Origin: Octopus sinensis
Lineage: Eukaryota
Assembly (NCBI RefSeq): GCF_006345805.1
Contig: NC_043008.1
Coordinates: 58,404,001 to 58,468,000, forward strand
Direction of reading: 5' to 3'
DNA length: 64,000 bases
The notes below the pieces were generated by a model that was not told the origin of the DNA, made no database searches, and saw only the letters and a list, made by a program, of their open reading frames with translations. Shown one piece after another: positions 41,309-53,561 of the stretch. Each line of letters begins with the position of its first letter. Positions within the stretch are counted from its first letter, which is position 1. Both the position numbers and the translations under genes were made by a program.

Positions 41309-41360
<52 letters not shown>

Positions 41361-41365
41361 ACACA

Positions 41366-41406
<41 letters not shown>

Positions 41407-41420
41407 CATATATATGTATT

Positions 41421-41478
<58 letters not shown>

Positions 41479-41861
41479 TATATATATATTCATATATATG
41501 TATATACATAATATATAAATATATTCATTATATTATAATATTGTTTACTTCTATGCATATATATATATATATATATAAATTTAGCATTAGACTGGAAGAT
41601 TACTCAGTACCTTTCAATGGAGTACGCAGTTATAAATTTTTACAAGGAAAAGCTTCACAGTGACTTTGAAGTTCCCGATTTTATACCTTCGTCAGACCAT
41701 GGAATCTTTTCCACACACACACACACACACGCGCACACATGCAAACACATATACACGTACACACACATATACACATTCACATACGCGCCCGATAGGGTGG
41801 ATTTTAAGGTCAATTCGTGCATTGAATATATATTAAATTTTATTAAATTTGAACAATATTC

Positions 41862-42072
41862 TTTCCTACTCTAGGCACAAGGCTCGAAATTTTGGGGGAG
41901 CGTACCAGTCGGCTTGATTGACCCCAGTACACAACTGGTGCTTAATTTATCGACCCTGAGAGGATGAAAGGCAAAGTCGACCTCGGCGGAACTTGAACTT
42001 AGAACGTTAAGACAGAGGAAATTCCGTTAAGCATTTCGCGCGGCGTACACACGTTTCTGCCAGCTCGCCGTC
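41862..42072 (-). mobile_element. SINE-B, full length
   Basis: Reverse complement from cagctcgccgtc head to ctaggcacaaggc tail. Confidence 0.88.
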
Positions 42073-42978
42073 TTTAAACTTGAACAATATTTCTCCAGCA
42101 ATGAAGAATTTTCAGCAAAACAATGATGATATAATTTTTCCACTTGGAGCTTATTGCAAAGCTGCCTGATAAACAACAATACCACCACCATCGTCACGAC
42201 ATCTGCCATACACACACCACTCGGACTTCTAACGCCACCATCAATCAATACCTTTGATTTCGCTGCCTTCCTCTCCCCCACCATCACTACCATCTTTCAC
42301 TTCCCTGATCGCCTTGGCTGCCACCCCCATCACATCACCACCGCTTCCGCCTCTATCACAACTACAGCTCGTACTATCACTATCACCCCATTACCATCAC
42401 AAAAAGACTAAATGTGTGTGCTCGTTCAGTATGTTATTTCAGCATGCTTGTTCAGTGTTCAGTCCCTCTTCCTCTCACATACCCACTCTTTGTCTCTCTT
42501 ATTACTCCCACTGTCACCATCAACACTACTACTTTTGATAAAACTTCATCAACTCTCCCTAAATTACTTTGTCTCTCATTCTTTCCATTTCTTTTTCTTT
42601 CTCTCTCTCTCTCTCTCTGTCTGTCCCTCTCTGTGTGTCTGTCTTTGACACTGCCCTCCCTGTCTCTATGCCTACTATTACTCTCACCCAACATGAGCAA
42701 TAGTACTACTGTCATTGAATAGTAACATAGGGCGTCAAAGTGTGACACACTGACACACAGAAATTAGTTTTCGCATTTATTATATTATATTATATTATAT
42801 ATATTATATATATATAATATATATATATATATATGAATATAATTTAGAGAAAAACCTCTATTAAACAATTCAACAATGAAAGATGTTCTTCACACCATTT
42901 AGAAAACATATATTATAAAACCCTTATTCTATAAATCAATACAGTACAAAGACAACTAAATAGTAAATAGTAGTAAAA

Positions 42979-43086
42979 AGACTACGCGCATTTCGTGGCT
43001 ATATTTTCAAATAGATAATAATAATAATAAAATCAATTCAATTTAAAATTAAATTCTATTTAAAAATATAGTCACTCATCAGGTCT
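42979..43086 (-). ncRNA. Type I hammerhead ribozyme, canonical core, long helix II
   Basis: AGAC-CUGAUGA-GUGACUAUAUUUUUAAAUAGA..UCUAUUUGAAAAUAUAGCCAC-GAAA-UGCGCGU-A-GUCU: 21-bp helix II (1 mismatch, 1 wobble), near-palindromic helix III, GUA triplet, 4-bp helix I. Confidence 0.85.
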
Positions 43087-43568
43087 AAAATAATAGCAAA
43101 AAAATAATAATAGAATAAATGTACTCATCTTAACTTATACTAATTATCAAATAAATATAGAAAAATATGTGTATTAACTATTAATTTTAAATTTGGGTAT
43201 ACATCTTGTAGTATGCCGTTTCAAAGCCGTACCCTGTATTCATTTACCTGAGTGGATTTAAATGCTACTTGATATACTTCAGGAATTTCTTTATATCAGT
43301 AGATTTTATAAAATATGAGAGAAGTACAATGGAATTCACGAAACTCTTCATTGTCCATTACGATTGTTGCGACCCATCGTGCACCAGTGCTTCGCGAAAG
43401 AGATGCTGTACAAACAACTGCGTTGCACCATAACTGGAGATGTGTCTCGTCAGGTAACTAATCACAAGTACATTGCTGTTTAAGTTCCGTTTTGCTTATT
43501 TCCATTATGGTACATTGTAGTTGTAGTTCACTACACGTCTACAAGAGGTACTTGGCTAATATTTCTTT

Positions 43569-43600
<32 letters not shown>

Positions 43601-43794
43601 ACATACACACGCGCACGCACACACACACATATGTATGTATATGTAACTCTTCGAAACTGACGTTATATCACGAATAGCTATGTGCTTTTTCTTACATATG
43701 CAAAGACACACAAACACACACATATACACACATATACATACACATACACACACATATATACACATACTATATGAGTACGTGTATATACATATAT

Positions 43795-44328
43795 ACGAGG
43801 AAAACACCCCCGTCCAATGGACGGTGCTGAATTGTCAAAAATTTAAACAAAATTTTCTCAAAACAACTTTCCAACCGTTCCATAGGTCTCTCCTTTGAGA
43901 AACACTTATTTAACCTAAATTTGAGACTCCAGCAAAAGAAGAAATAAAGATAGACTTTGTTTCAATTCCAACGAAAAACGATTTTATTCACACAAATATG
44001 CAGACGAAGAGTTTAAAGTACCAGTAATGATAAGGCTGTTGACGGGAGAATACAAACATGGTTTAAACAGTAAGCTTGGCAGGAAAGAAACGTGCCTTTA
44101 AGCAGTACAAAAACAACAAAAACTGAAGGTGCAGTTATGTACAGGTTGACGGAAGAAAAGCAGGACAAAGAATGCTTTATTGATCGCATTCTCACCTGCA
44201 ATGGATTTTTGTAATTTTTTCAAGACTTATACACGTCCTGATACCGTCGGATTTGAGCGCAGTTGGATGGAGGATGCTCGAGATTCTAGAAGACACACAG
44301 ACAGACAGAACGGATTTTATATAAGAGA
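43795..44328 (-). mobile_element. Helitron-like non-autonomous element with ~200-bp extra segment
   Basis: Minus start A|TCTCTTATATAAAATCCGTTCTGTCTGTC; collinear with 36040-36410 except for extra sequence at ~43975-44175. Confidence 0.6.
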
Positions 44329-44506
44329 TATTTATATAAAAAATATATAAATATATGCATATATACATACATATATATACATACCTACATATATATGTAT
44401 ATATACGTGCATATATATATACAGAACATCAACGTAGACACAATAAGAAAACGAAATCATAAAAACAAAAATTTAGAAAATTTGCCTTTTCTATATATAT
44501 ATATAT

Positions 44507-44553
<47 letters not shown>

Positions 44554-44581
44554 TGTGTGTGTGCGTGCGTGCGTGCGTGTC

Positions 44582-44953
44582 TGTGAGGCGTAACAGCCCA
44601 GTGGTTGGGGCAGCGGACTCGCGGTTGCATGATTGCGGTTTCGATTTCCAGACCGGGCGTTGTGGGTGTCTATTGAGCCAAAACACTTTAAGCTCCACGA
44701 CCTCCATAGGGGGTGGGTGGCGAACTCTGCTGTACTCTCTGACCACAACTTTCTTTCACTCTTTGTTCCTCTTGTACCTGTATTACAAAGGGCCAGCCGT
44801 GTCACACTCTGTGTCACGCTGATTCTCTCCAAGAACTACGTTAAGGGTACACGTGTCTGCGGAGTGCTCAGCTACTCGCACGTTAATTTCACGAGCAGGC
44901 TGCTCTGTTGATCGGATCAACTGGAACACTCGTCATTGTAACCGGCGGAGTGC
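44582..44953 (+). mobile_element. SINE-C, full length
   Basis: GAGGCGTAACAGCCCAGTGGTTGGGGCAGCGGACTCGCGG..GGTTTCGATTTCCAGACCGGGCG; collinear with 15027-15405. Confidence 0.9.
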
Positions 44954-44960
44954 TGTAGTG

Positions 44961-44997
<37 letters not shown>

Positions 44998-45242
44998 CTT
45001 ACCACTAAGAAAGGAACGTTCTCAAGAAAATTTTAGCGAACGCCAGAAGGTAAGCGAGCAAGAAAAATGAAAAAATGAAAAGAAAGAAAATATAAAGATT
45101 AATCACAAACTAGTTTTAATTGTTTTCGTTCCAGCACATGACCTCAGATCGAGTCACTCACTATGCAAGTACATCTCCGTAGTTTTAATTGATAATAATC
45201 AAATTAATATTCAATTTTTCACCCTTAATATTTTAAATTTAA

Positions 45243-45329
<87 letters not shown>

Positions 45330-46401
45330 TGTATGGAACTCTGTGGAACTGGCAGTATATCACGAATCGCTACGTGCTTTGTCTTACATACGCAAAGGCA
45401 CAGAACACATTTATCTAAGTTGGGCTTGGTCCTATTTCTTAAGAAAACGATTAACAAATCATTTGCTAAAAATGTCTTGTAAATAGTGTGCAGTTCCTCC
45501 TAGTGTCCACTGATTTAATTCCAAATACTAATCTCCAGCCCAGTGAATACTTAGAAATAATAGTTCTCTTTGTAAGTGACAGCTTATGTTGGAGGTACAT
45601 GGTCTTTGTACATCAAGGAGTGGTTAGATTTCTTGTGTGTTGTGTTTATTTGCTTATTTCATCCATTAAAGCGGATGTTATATAGCTGCCTATAATTGTG
45701 AGTTTGATTGTTTGTAAATTAGTTTGGACAACGGAGCTGGTTAGCGCTGCTAATAAAATATATAGGTCCTGGTAAATTTTTCTGTCAGATGGTAGCTAAA
45801 GAGTATAACTTGCTTAATATTAGTGTGTGTATGGGCGGTTGTATATGTCGGTATTGTGAATGTTAATTTGAACTATGAAGTACATTAGAGTTGTTAATAA
45901 AAAATAGTTGTCGACAAGCTTTTGTTTCTATGTAATTTGTATAAAAGTGGGACACAATGAAAATTTAAAAATAATCTCGATTTATTTTTGGGAGATGGAA
46001 TTTAAGCAGTGGTGGAATAGAAATCTATGCCTTAAGCAATTTTCATTTCAATCTCAATAAGTAAATTGATTAGTGTAGTGATATTACATTAGTAAATTGG
46101 TTGATCTGTGACGTAAGTGTTCTTGGCTGTGTGAGGTGAGAGACTTCGTGTTGGACTGTAAGGTATATATATATACTGTAAGGTAAGGACTGTAAGGTAT
46201 ATATATATATTTGGTAGAATGTGCATGTATGTAAGGTATGTAGTGGGTGAGTGAGTAGTTGCGGTATGGGCGGTAGATAGTCTTTATCTATACTAAAAAT
46301 ATACGTACACATCACTTAGTCCCCGCAGAAAAAACATACACTTACATGCATACACATACTCACATAAATGATGCGTACAAGGATATATGCACGAGCACAC
46401 A

Positions 46402-46515
46402 TACGAGCTGGTATCAAAAAGTTACAGGAATATGTATGTTTAATTAAAAAATAACTCATTTACCTGTTTCAACACCTCCTTCGAAATAGTAATCTCGCGA
46501 AGCAATATGCCCAGC
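46402..46515 (-). mobile_element. Mariner 3' end fragment
   Basis: tacgagctggtatcaaaaagtt TIR-like terminus; minus translation ..DYYFEGG resembles the mariner C-terminal GDYFEG. Confidence 0.5.
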
Positions 46516-46896
46516 CTCTAAAGTGTACATACACGCATGCCTCTGGACATATCGTTAAATATACTTATTGATTATGTACGTGTGTATGTGTAAACATGCG
46601 TATAAATACATGTTACCTGTGTGTTTATGCTTATACATAATTTGCTTTTGTGTGCATCACTTGTTCTCTCTTTCTCTCTCTCACACATACATACTTTCTC
46701 TCTCCATGTGTCTACCTATCTATATGTGTGTATATATGTGTGTGTATGTGTGTATATGTGTGTGAGTGTTCAATCATAAATTAATATGGACAACACATAT
46801 TTGTATACACACGCACATACCTCCAGCACATGTCATACATGTACACACACATATGCATGGATATTTTCCATACATACATACACGCATACATACATG

Positions 46897-46971
<75 letters not shown>

Positions 46972-46977
<6 letters not shown>

Positions 46978-47620
46978 GGTCAGATATTTGAAGACGTACC
47001 TATTTTGGGTCATTACTGCATATTTTGCTAAATCTATACATTCTTGTTTCAGAAAATAATAATGGCAGACACTCAGCTTAATCAAGAAATGAAGTATGTT
47101 GTTATTTTTGTTATAAAGGCTGAGCATAGCGATTTAGAAATATCTCGATTTTTAAAAGTTATCAGATCTTTCGTCTACAAAGTTTGTAAGGAGCTAGAGA
47201 CTGACGATGGAAACGTATCCCCAGTTTCAAAGCATAAAAAGCATTCTAAACGCTCTGAAATAATCAGAACACCTGAATTTATCCAGCAAGGTCAACAAAC
47301 CATTGATTACAATTCCAGAAAATTCATGAGGTCAATTGCAAAAGATCTCCATGTGTCAGAAGGAACAGTCAGAAATGTTGTCCACGAAGACATCAGATAT
47401 AAGTCTTATATGATTAGGAATGGTCAATTTGTCGGAAAAAGCAAAAGAATATAACTACATCAGATCTAGAAGGCTCTTAAACAGCAAGATCAAAAAGTTA
47501 ACAGAAAAAAATGACAGACGGTTATGTGCAGACCATTTGAAGTTCCATGTGTTATGCATACAGCATTTCCTGCATCTGTCATGGTTTCAAGGGTTGACAG
47601 CAATGAAGGACATAAATGAT
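46972..47620 (+). mobile_element. Tc1/mariner-superfamily transposase remnant (N-terminal HTH and start of catalytic domain)
   Basis: ORF 47044-47454 SDLEISRFLKV.RSFVYKV..IRTPEFI..MRSIAKDLHVSEGTVRNVVHEDIRYKSY, followed in another frame by FPASVMV..SNEGH; truncated before the catalytic triad can be counted. Confidence 0.85.
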
Positions 47621-47630
47621 TATGAACAAA

Positions 47631-47708
47631 CAGTAATCCCTCAGCTATCGCGGGTGTTACGTTCCAAAACCCCTCCAATAGGTGAAAATCCGCAAAGTAG
47701 AAACAGCA

Positions 47709-47712
<4 letters not shown>
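47631..47712 (+). mobile_element. pogo/Tigger-like MITE end
   Basis: CAGTAATCCCTCAGCTATCGCGGGTGTTACGTTCCAAAACCCC terminus resembles pogo-type TIRs (recognition from memory). Confidence 0.5.
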
Positions 47713-47771
<59 letters not shown>

Positions 47772-47869
47772 TACATATATGTATATATATCATAATTGCA
47801 TATTTTGTAATTTACTTATTTTACATTATATTATTAAAAGAAATTCCTTCATTATATTTTATATGCAGC

Positions 47870-48067
47870 ACGGATTTTCGTCAGTGAACAGGTCGCGGAT
47901 TTTAGCGACGAAAATATTTTGACAAATTAAACTTAAATGTTGAAGTGAATCGAAAGGCTTTTGTGTGTTTCTTAAATGGCTTACAAACACCTTCCACGCT
48001 GCAATTGTTTTCGTTTCAGCACACGATCTCAGATCAAATCACTTGCTATGCGAGTACATCTCCGTAA
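47870..48067 (+). mobile_element. Dispersed repeat carrying a G3:C8 hammerhead-like motif
   Basis: Homologous to 16700-16945 and to fragments at ~6635-6685 and ~45115-45182. Confidence 0.8.
47880..47923 (+). ncRNA. Minimal type I hammerhead-like motif with swapped G3:C8 core pair
   Basis: GUCA-GUGAACA-G-GUCGC-GGAUUUUA-GCGAC-GAAA-AUAUU-U-UGAC: helices I and II and a palindromic AAUAUU helix III all in register. Confidence 0.6.
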
Positions 48068-48605
48068 TTTTATATCCATTTTTACTTTATTTACTATTTA
48101 TTTTATTCCATCTTATTCTTTACTTTACCTTATTAACCATTATATATTCTTACTGATCTGTTAACCCTTCACCCACACATAACAATAAAAATAATACTTT
48201 ACTCAGTCTGCTTGCATGAAAGGACAGATCGGCATGTAATATCTAAACGTATATCTTACTCTTTTGATATTATGCTCATAACATATAAATGCAAATCCGA
48301 AGCATAAATTTGTAATTTACCTCTTGAGCACTAATGGAAACGGATGTAGAAGTAAAGATTACCAATTTTAAAATAATAAATAATTATTATTACTTTCATT
48401 TTCTATTTTCTTTCCTTCATTTAAATGAACATGAATTTTATCCTTAATATATAACTGTTGATGTAAATAAATTTCATTTCTCAAAAATACTAATATAAAA
48501 CCTGTATTTCTTTGGATGTAACCATCGCTGTACGAGGTGAACTTATCCTCGAAGCAGCTTTTATTACATACATGCATACATACATACACACACATATGAA
48601 TATAT

Positions 48606-48636
<31 letters not shown>

Positions 48637-49609
48637 TTCAAACAATTGAGGGTAAATTAATTAATTATTAATAATTTCACCAAGTATTCAGTATGCAAGG
48701 GACCATTTAGGCGAATTCAATATTACATTATATAAAGGCTTAGTAAAAAAATTACTTTGCCGCATACTGAACTCATTAGAATAGCAGCTAAAAAACTTTT
48801 TTAAAACTATTCTAATACTTAAAGAAAACCTCTCTCATATAGTGTTTGCTCATTCAACTCACGAAGTATGGGGTAAAGACATTAAAAAATCAAATGCAAG
48901 GTTATTTGAGAACGTACGTTTCAAGATAGTCAACTCGACATTTCTATCATCAGCTCACTCTTGGTTTGGATTTGAAAACACTGAAAGTGGGAGCATACCC
49001 TTTCGGCTTCTTATCGCTTCTGAAGATCTGCTCGAAACTAACAGTGCAGCAAACTCAAATATGCAAGCGAAGAATTTCTGCTCTCCCCTTTCCACCAGCG
49101 TGGGTTAAAATCAGTAAACACTATGCTTTTTTCGGTAAAATCCGAGGCATTAAATAGGCATTATATATATATATATATATATAATCACACACTCTTCGCA
49201 TCCGGGTCTCTATTTTTGCACATCTAAGACTTTGTTTCAAACACACACCGCATGTATATATGATAATTACCAAATTACATACTATAGCCACTCTCCTCCA
49301 CCACCCACTGGACTGGGATATATAAGTGTTTTTTTCTGTTTTTATTTTCGGCATTGGTTTTACCTTCATTCATCTTTATAAACATTTTCGTAAACAAATT
49401 AGAAGACGTATAGATGCACTCGGCTTCTTAGATTTTGACAATAATATAATGTTTGTATATAATTTGTTTTAGGATATATGCTTTATTCTTATTTCTTGAA
49501 TCATATGCGTGTATTTGTATGCTTATCTTTGTTAAGTACCTAAGTTAGTCTAATATATATATAGGATACTTAAATACGTAGTTAAGTGCTTCTGTTTGCC
49601 CGCTCATGT

Positions 49610-49925
49610 ATGTATGTATTCATGTATTATGTATGTATATATCTGTCTGTCTGTCTGTCTGTCTATGTATGTATGTATGTACGTACGTATCTATCTATCT
49701 ATCTATCTATCTTATCTATCTATCTATCTATCTATCTGTCTCTATATATGCATGTATGTGTATGTATATGTATGTATGTACATATATATGTATGTATGTA
49801 TGTTTGTATGTATGTATCTATCTATCTTTCTATCCATCGATCCATCCATCTTTTTATGTATCTACCTACCTACCTACCTACCTACTACCTACCTACCTAT
49901 CTACCTGCCTGCCTGCCTGTCTGTC
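49610..49925. repeat. Compound tetranucleotide microsatellite (TATG/TGTC/TATC/TACC/TGCC)
   Basis: Adjacent arrays differ by single-base steps; explains ORFs 49586-50086. Confidence 0.9.
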
Positions 49926-50181
49926 TTTACGTCACTTTGCCCACCTGTTTGTTAATCTGGGTACTTACCTTCCCCTCTTTCCTTCTCTCCCTGTCTCTCT
50001 CTTTCTCTACCGACCTATCGATTAAGCGTCAGTGGATCTATCGAAGGGTCCATATCTGCACTGGCACTCCCCCTATCCAAGCATAAACAGTACACTTGGG
50101 ATTCATAATCTAAATCATTTTACTATTACTAAACTAAAATAAAACAAATTAGTTTTGTCTTTGCTGCTGGTACCAATGCCG

Positions 50182-50199
50182 CTCCTGCTGCTGCTGCTG

Positions 50200-50252
<53 letters not shown>

Positions 50253-50262
50253 GCTGCTGCTG

Positions 50263-50310
<48 letters not shown>

Positions 50311-50311
50311 T
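50182..50311. repeat. (CTG)n/(CTA)n compound trinucleotide repeat
   Basis: Alternating GCT and ACT arrays. Confidence 0.95.
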
Positions 50312-51154
50312 TGTTATTATAAGTACAACATAGTGATACTTATTCACGACAGATTACTATTAAAATCTATAGATAGCTATATGTAACAAAGTTTACATAT
50401 TTAGTTTCTTGGAACATAAGAAGTGGAAGAAAGAAATTGCGAGAGAAGGAAAACATTTGTCAATAACTGATAATAATTTACTTTATCACTATAAATACCA
50501 GATACAACTTCGGACATATTTCGATATTATTCTGACCTCATCCCCAATAGCGCAATTTTCCCCGTACTAGCTGAATTAGCAAAAGATGTAAAACTACGTA
50601 AATGTACAAGATCAAGATATAGTCGGCCAAGGGAAAAAAAATGATGAATTCTTTCGAAAATTTAATTAATTTTTTTCGAGACGTAGTGAAGCATCATCTT
50701 TTTTTTTCTTTTCAATCTTTTACATATATCTATAAAGAATAAATGAGTTTTAGATTTAAATATCAGGAATTTCCCGTTGGTGTCGCCGAATATCTTGTAA
50801 TTATTCCATCTATTGACTTTGCGATGAATGTCTTAATTTAAAGTTTTCGCATACGCTGGACAGTCTGCACAAAAAACGTCACGAGGTTATCATAATCAGG
50901 AAAAGGATAGGAAGATTATGATGACTATGTCATATTAATTCTGGGCGACTATCAAGTGTATTTTTACAGCTCGCTGACTGAACACAAGGCAATATTTGTC
51001 AATTGAATATTAATCTTTTTCGCTGCAGTTGTATTCTATAGCTTATAGTATTTATTCAAAACTTGAGCCAGAGAGCAGATTTGTTCTGCTAGAAATTGCG
51101 GCTATATATTCTCCAAGCTATACTTATTCTGTTTAAAAAATTAAATAAATAAAT

Positions 51155-51397
51155 GTGCCCTTTTGAAGCCTAGCCAGGCTCATGGGCCCGGTTTCCCGGT
51201 TTCAATGGCGTATGTGTTCCCCAGCTGGACGGGACGCCAGTCCATTGCAGCATTACTCATTTTTGCCAGCTATGTGGACTGGAGAAACATGAAGTGTTTT
51301 GTTCAGGAACACAAAGTATCGCCCGGTCCAGGAATCGAAACCACAATCTTACGATCATGATGCTGACACCCTAACCACTAAGCCACACGCCCCCACA
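51155..51397 (-). mobile_element. SINE-D (tRNA-derived), full length
   Basis: Minus GGGGGCGTGTGGCTTAGTGGTTAGGGTGTCAGC..GGTTTCGATTCCTGGACCGGGCG..GCAATGGACTGGCGTCCCGTCCAG..GAAACCGGG; degenerate relatives at ~20385-20515 and ~62330-62437. Confidence 0.85.
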
Positions 51398-51489
51398 CTC
51401 TGTTTAAAATAGTCAAGTTATCAAAGACTACACAATTAAAGAAGAAAATAGTCATCACTGAATTAGATATACTGATAAGCAACCTAAGC

Positions 51490-52050
51490 AAGCACACGAA
51501 CCACATAGTTCCGGGTTCAGTCACACTGCATGGCACCTTGGGCATGTGTCTTCTACAATAGCCTCGGGTCGACCAAAGCCTTGTGAGTAGACTTGGTAGA
51601 CGGAAACTGAAAGAAGCCCGTCGTATATATGTATATATATATGTGTGTGTGTATGTTTGTGTGTCTGTGTTTGTCCCTCCAACCTCGCTTGACAACCGAT
51701 GCTGGCGTGTTTTTCGGCAAAAGAGACCTATAGAATAAGTACTAGGCTTTCAAAGAATAAGTCCTGGGGTCGATTTGCTCGACTAAAGGTGATGCTCCTG
51801 CATGGCCACAGTCATATGGCTGAAACAAGTAAGAAAATAAAAGAATAAAAGAATATAAAGTGGCGAGTTGACAGTATTGTTAGTACACCGGGCAAAATGC
51901 TCAGCGGTATTTCATCCGTTTTTATATTCAGAGTTGGACTTCTGCCGTAGTCGACTTTGGCTTTCATCCATTCCAAGACGATAAAATAAGTACCAGTTGA
52001 GCAGTGGGGTCAATATAATCGACTTATCCCCTCCACCACTCCAAATTGTT
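51490..52050 (+). mobile_element. SINE-A (51490-51855) immediately followed by SINE-B (51860-52050)
   Basis: Both consensus sequences are recognisable head-to-tail; the same A-then-B adjacency recurs at ~54565-55020. Confidence 0.88.
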
Positions 52051-52701
52051 TATTGGTAAATGTATACTCACACACCCTTCGCATACGGATCTCTATTTTT
52101 GCATATCTAAGATGATATAAAAAGATTAACAAAATGTGTGGCTGATTGTGACAACTATAGGTTTATCACATGTACCGCTTTTATCAAAACACCTGACAAT
52201 AGATAGCATCAAATATTTTATGGAAATAGAATACAGATTTCTCGAGGAACATAGGACAATGGGAGGAAATCTCCCATAACAGGTGATACAATGTATAGTT
52301 GCCAACTGTCATTGTCACAGGCTAGCGTAAGCTAAGATAGGTGAACGACCGAAAAATATAAGGCGTGGTAAACAATTCCTGTATTCTAGAATACCTAATG
52401 GAATTTGGAAAGCATCATGAAATACAAAGAATTAACGGATGAAGTGAAGTGGAAACAAGTTGAGATGGGAAATAAAATATCTAGGATGAAATTTAAGATT
52501 CCAGAAATGTTCTCCAAACAGGATTTTTCGTCCCAGTGAAAAATCCTATTCATACACAACTCATCCGACTGGAGTTAACGATCATCCTGTCTTTCTTTAG
52601 TAACATACATTTTCTTCCGACACCACCTATATAAATAAACACTTTCTTGTGTTCTTCACAGTTTCTTCTACTTCCGCCTCCTCTACAAAAACTATCCATT
52701 G

Positions 52702-53098
52702 GAGCAGGAGCGGGTGTGTGGTAAGCAGCTTGCTTACCAACTACATGGTTCCGGGTTCAGTCACACTGCATGGCACCTTGGGCAAGTGTCTTCTACTATA
52801 GCCTCGGGCCGACCAAAGCCTTGTGAGTGGATTTTGTAGACGGAAACTGAAAGAAGCTCGTCATATATATATGTGTGTGTATGTGTGTGTGTGTGTGTGT
52901 GTTTGTTTGTCCCCTCAACATCGCTTGACAACCGATGCTCGTGTGATTACGTCCCGTCATTTAGAAGTTCTGCAAGAGTGACCGATAGAATAAGTACTAG
53001 ACTTAGAAAGAATAAGTCTTGGGGTCGATTTGCTCGACTAAAGGCGGTGCTCCAACATGGCCGCAATCAGATGACTGAAACAAGTGAAAGAATATAAG
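52702..53098 (+). mobile_element. SINE-A, full length
   Basis: Complete head, core and tail. Confidence 0.92.
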
Positions 53099-53136
53099 AA
53101 TATATCAGGCCCATACATTCTTTCAGTCTTGTATTC

Positions 53137-53269
53137 TATTTCTTGTTTTCAGTCATTTGACTGCGGCCATGTTGGAGCACTGCTTTAAAGGGTTTTTCAG
53201 TCGGAGAAATGAACCCCAAGAATTATCCTTTGTAAGCCTAGTACTTATTCTATCGGTCTGTTTTATATA

Positions 53270-53332
<63 letters not shown>

Positions 53333-53561
53333 ACAAGCTTCTTTCAGTTTCCGTCTAACAAACCCACTCCTAAGGCTTTGGTCGGCCCGAGGCTATAGTA
53401 GAAGAAGTGTGTATATGGAATCTGTGTGGATGTGTCAGTCGGTCTAGAACTTTCTTGAATCACATATACCTTTCACATGTCTGCTTTACGCAGCAGGACC
53501 GAAACCAGAATCATGTGGTTGAGAAGCAAGCCCCTTGCCACATAGTCACACCTGCGCCTAT
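53137..53561 (-). mobile_element. SINE-A, rearranged, tail-to-tail with the previous copy
   Basis: Tail and core at 53137-53407, head at 53492-53561, unrelated ~80 bp between. Confidence 0.8.

Noticed and set aside
41665-41697. CUGACGA hammerhead-like start on the minus strand
   Set aside because: No GAAA and no stable helix II; other CTGANGA matches (for example ~49020, ~53663, ~63183) also fail the structure test.
45480-45960. Possible Penelope RT remnant
   Set aside because: Composition resembles the PLE remnant at 37.4-37.9 kb, but I could not read any RT motif.
48842-49108. 88-aa non-repetitive ORF; the minus frame contains GRAEILRLHI, like an AAA ATPase motif
   Set aside because: No recognisable domain, near-cognate start, the motif is followed at once by a stop, and splice signals are weak.
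50129-50347. Poly-Val/Ala (minus) or poly-Thr/Ala mucin-like (plus) reading
   Set aside because: Pure trinucleotide microsatellite; no supporting exon structure.
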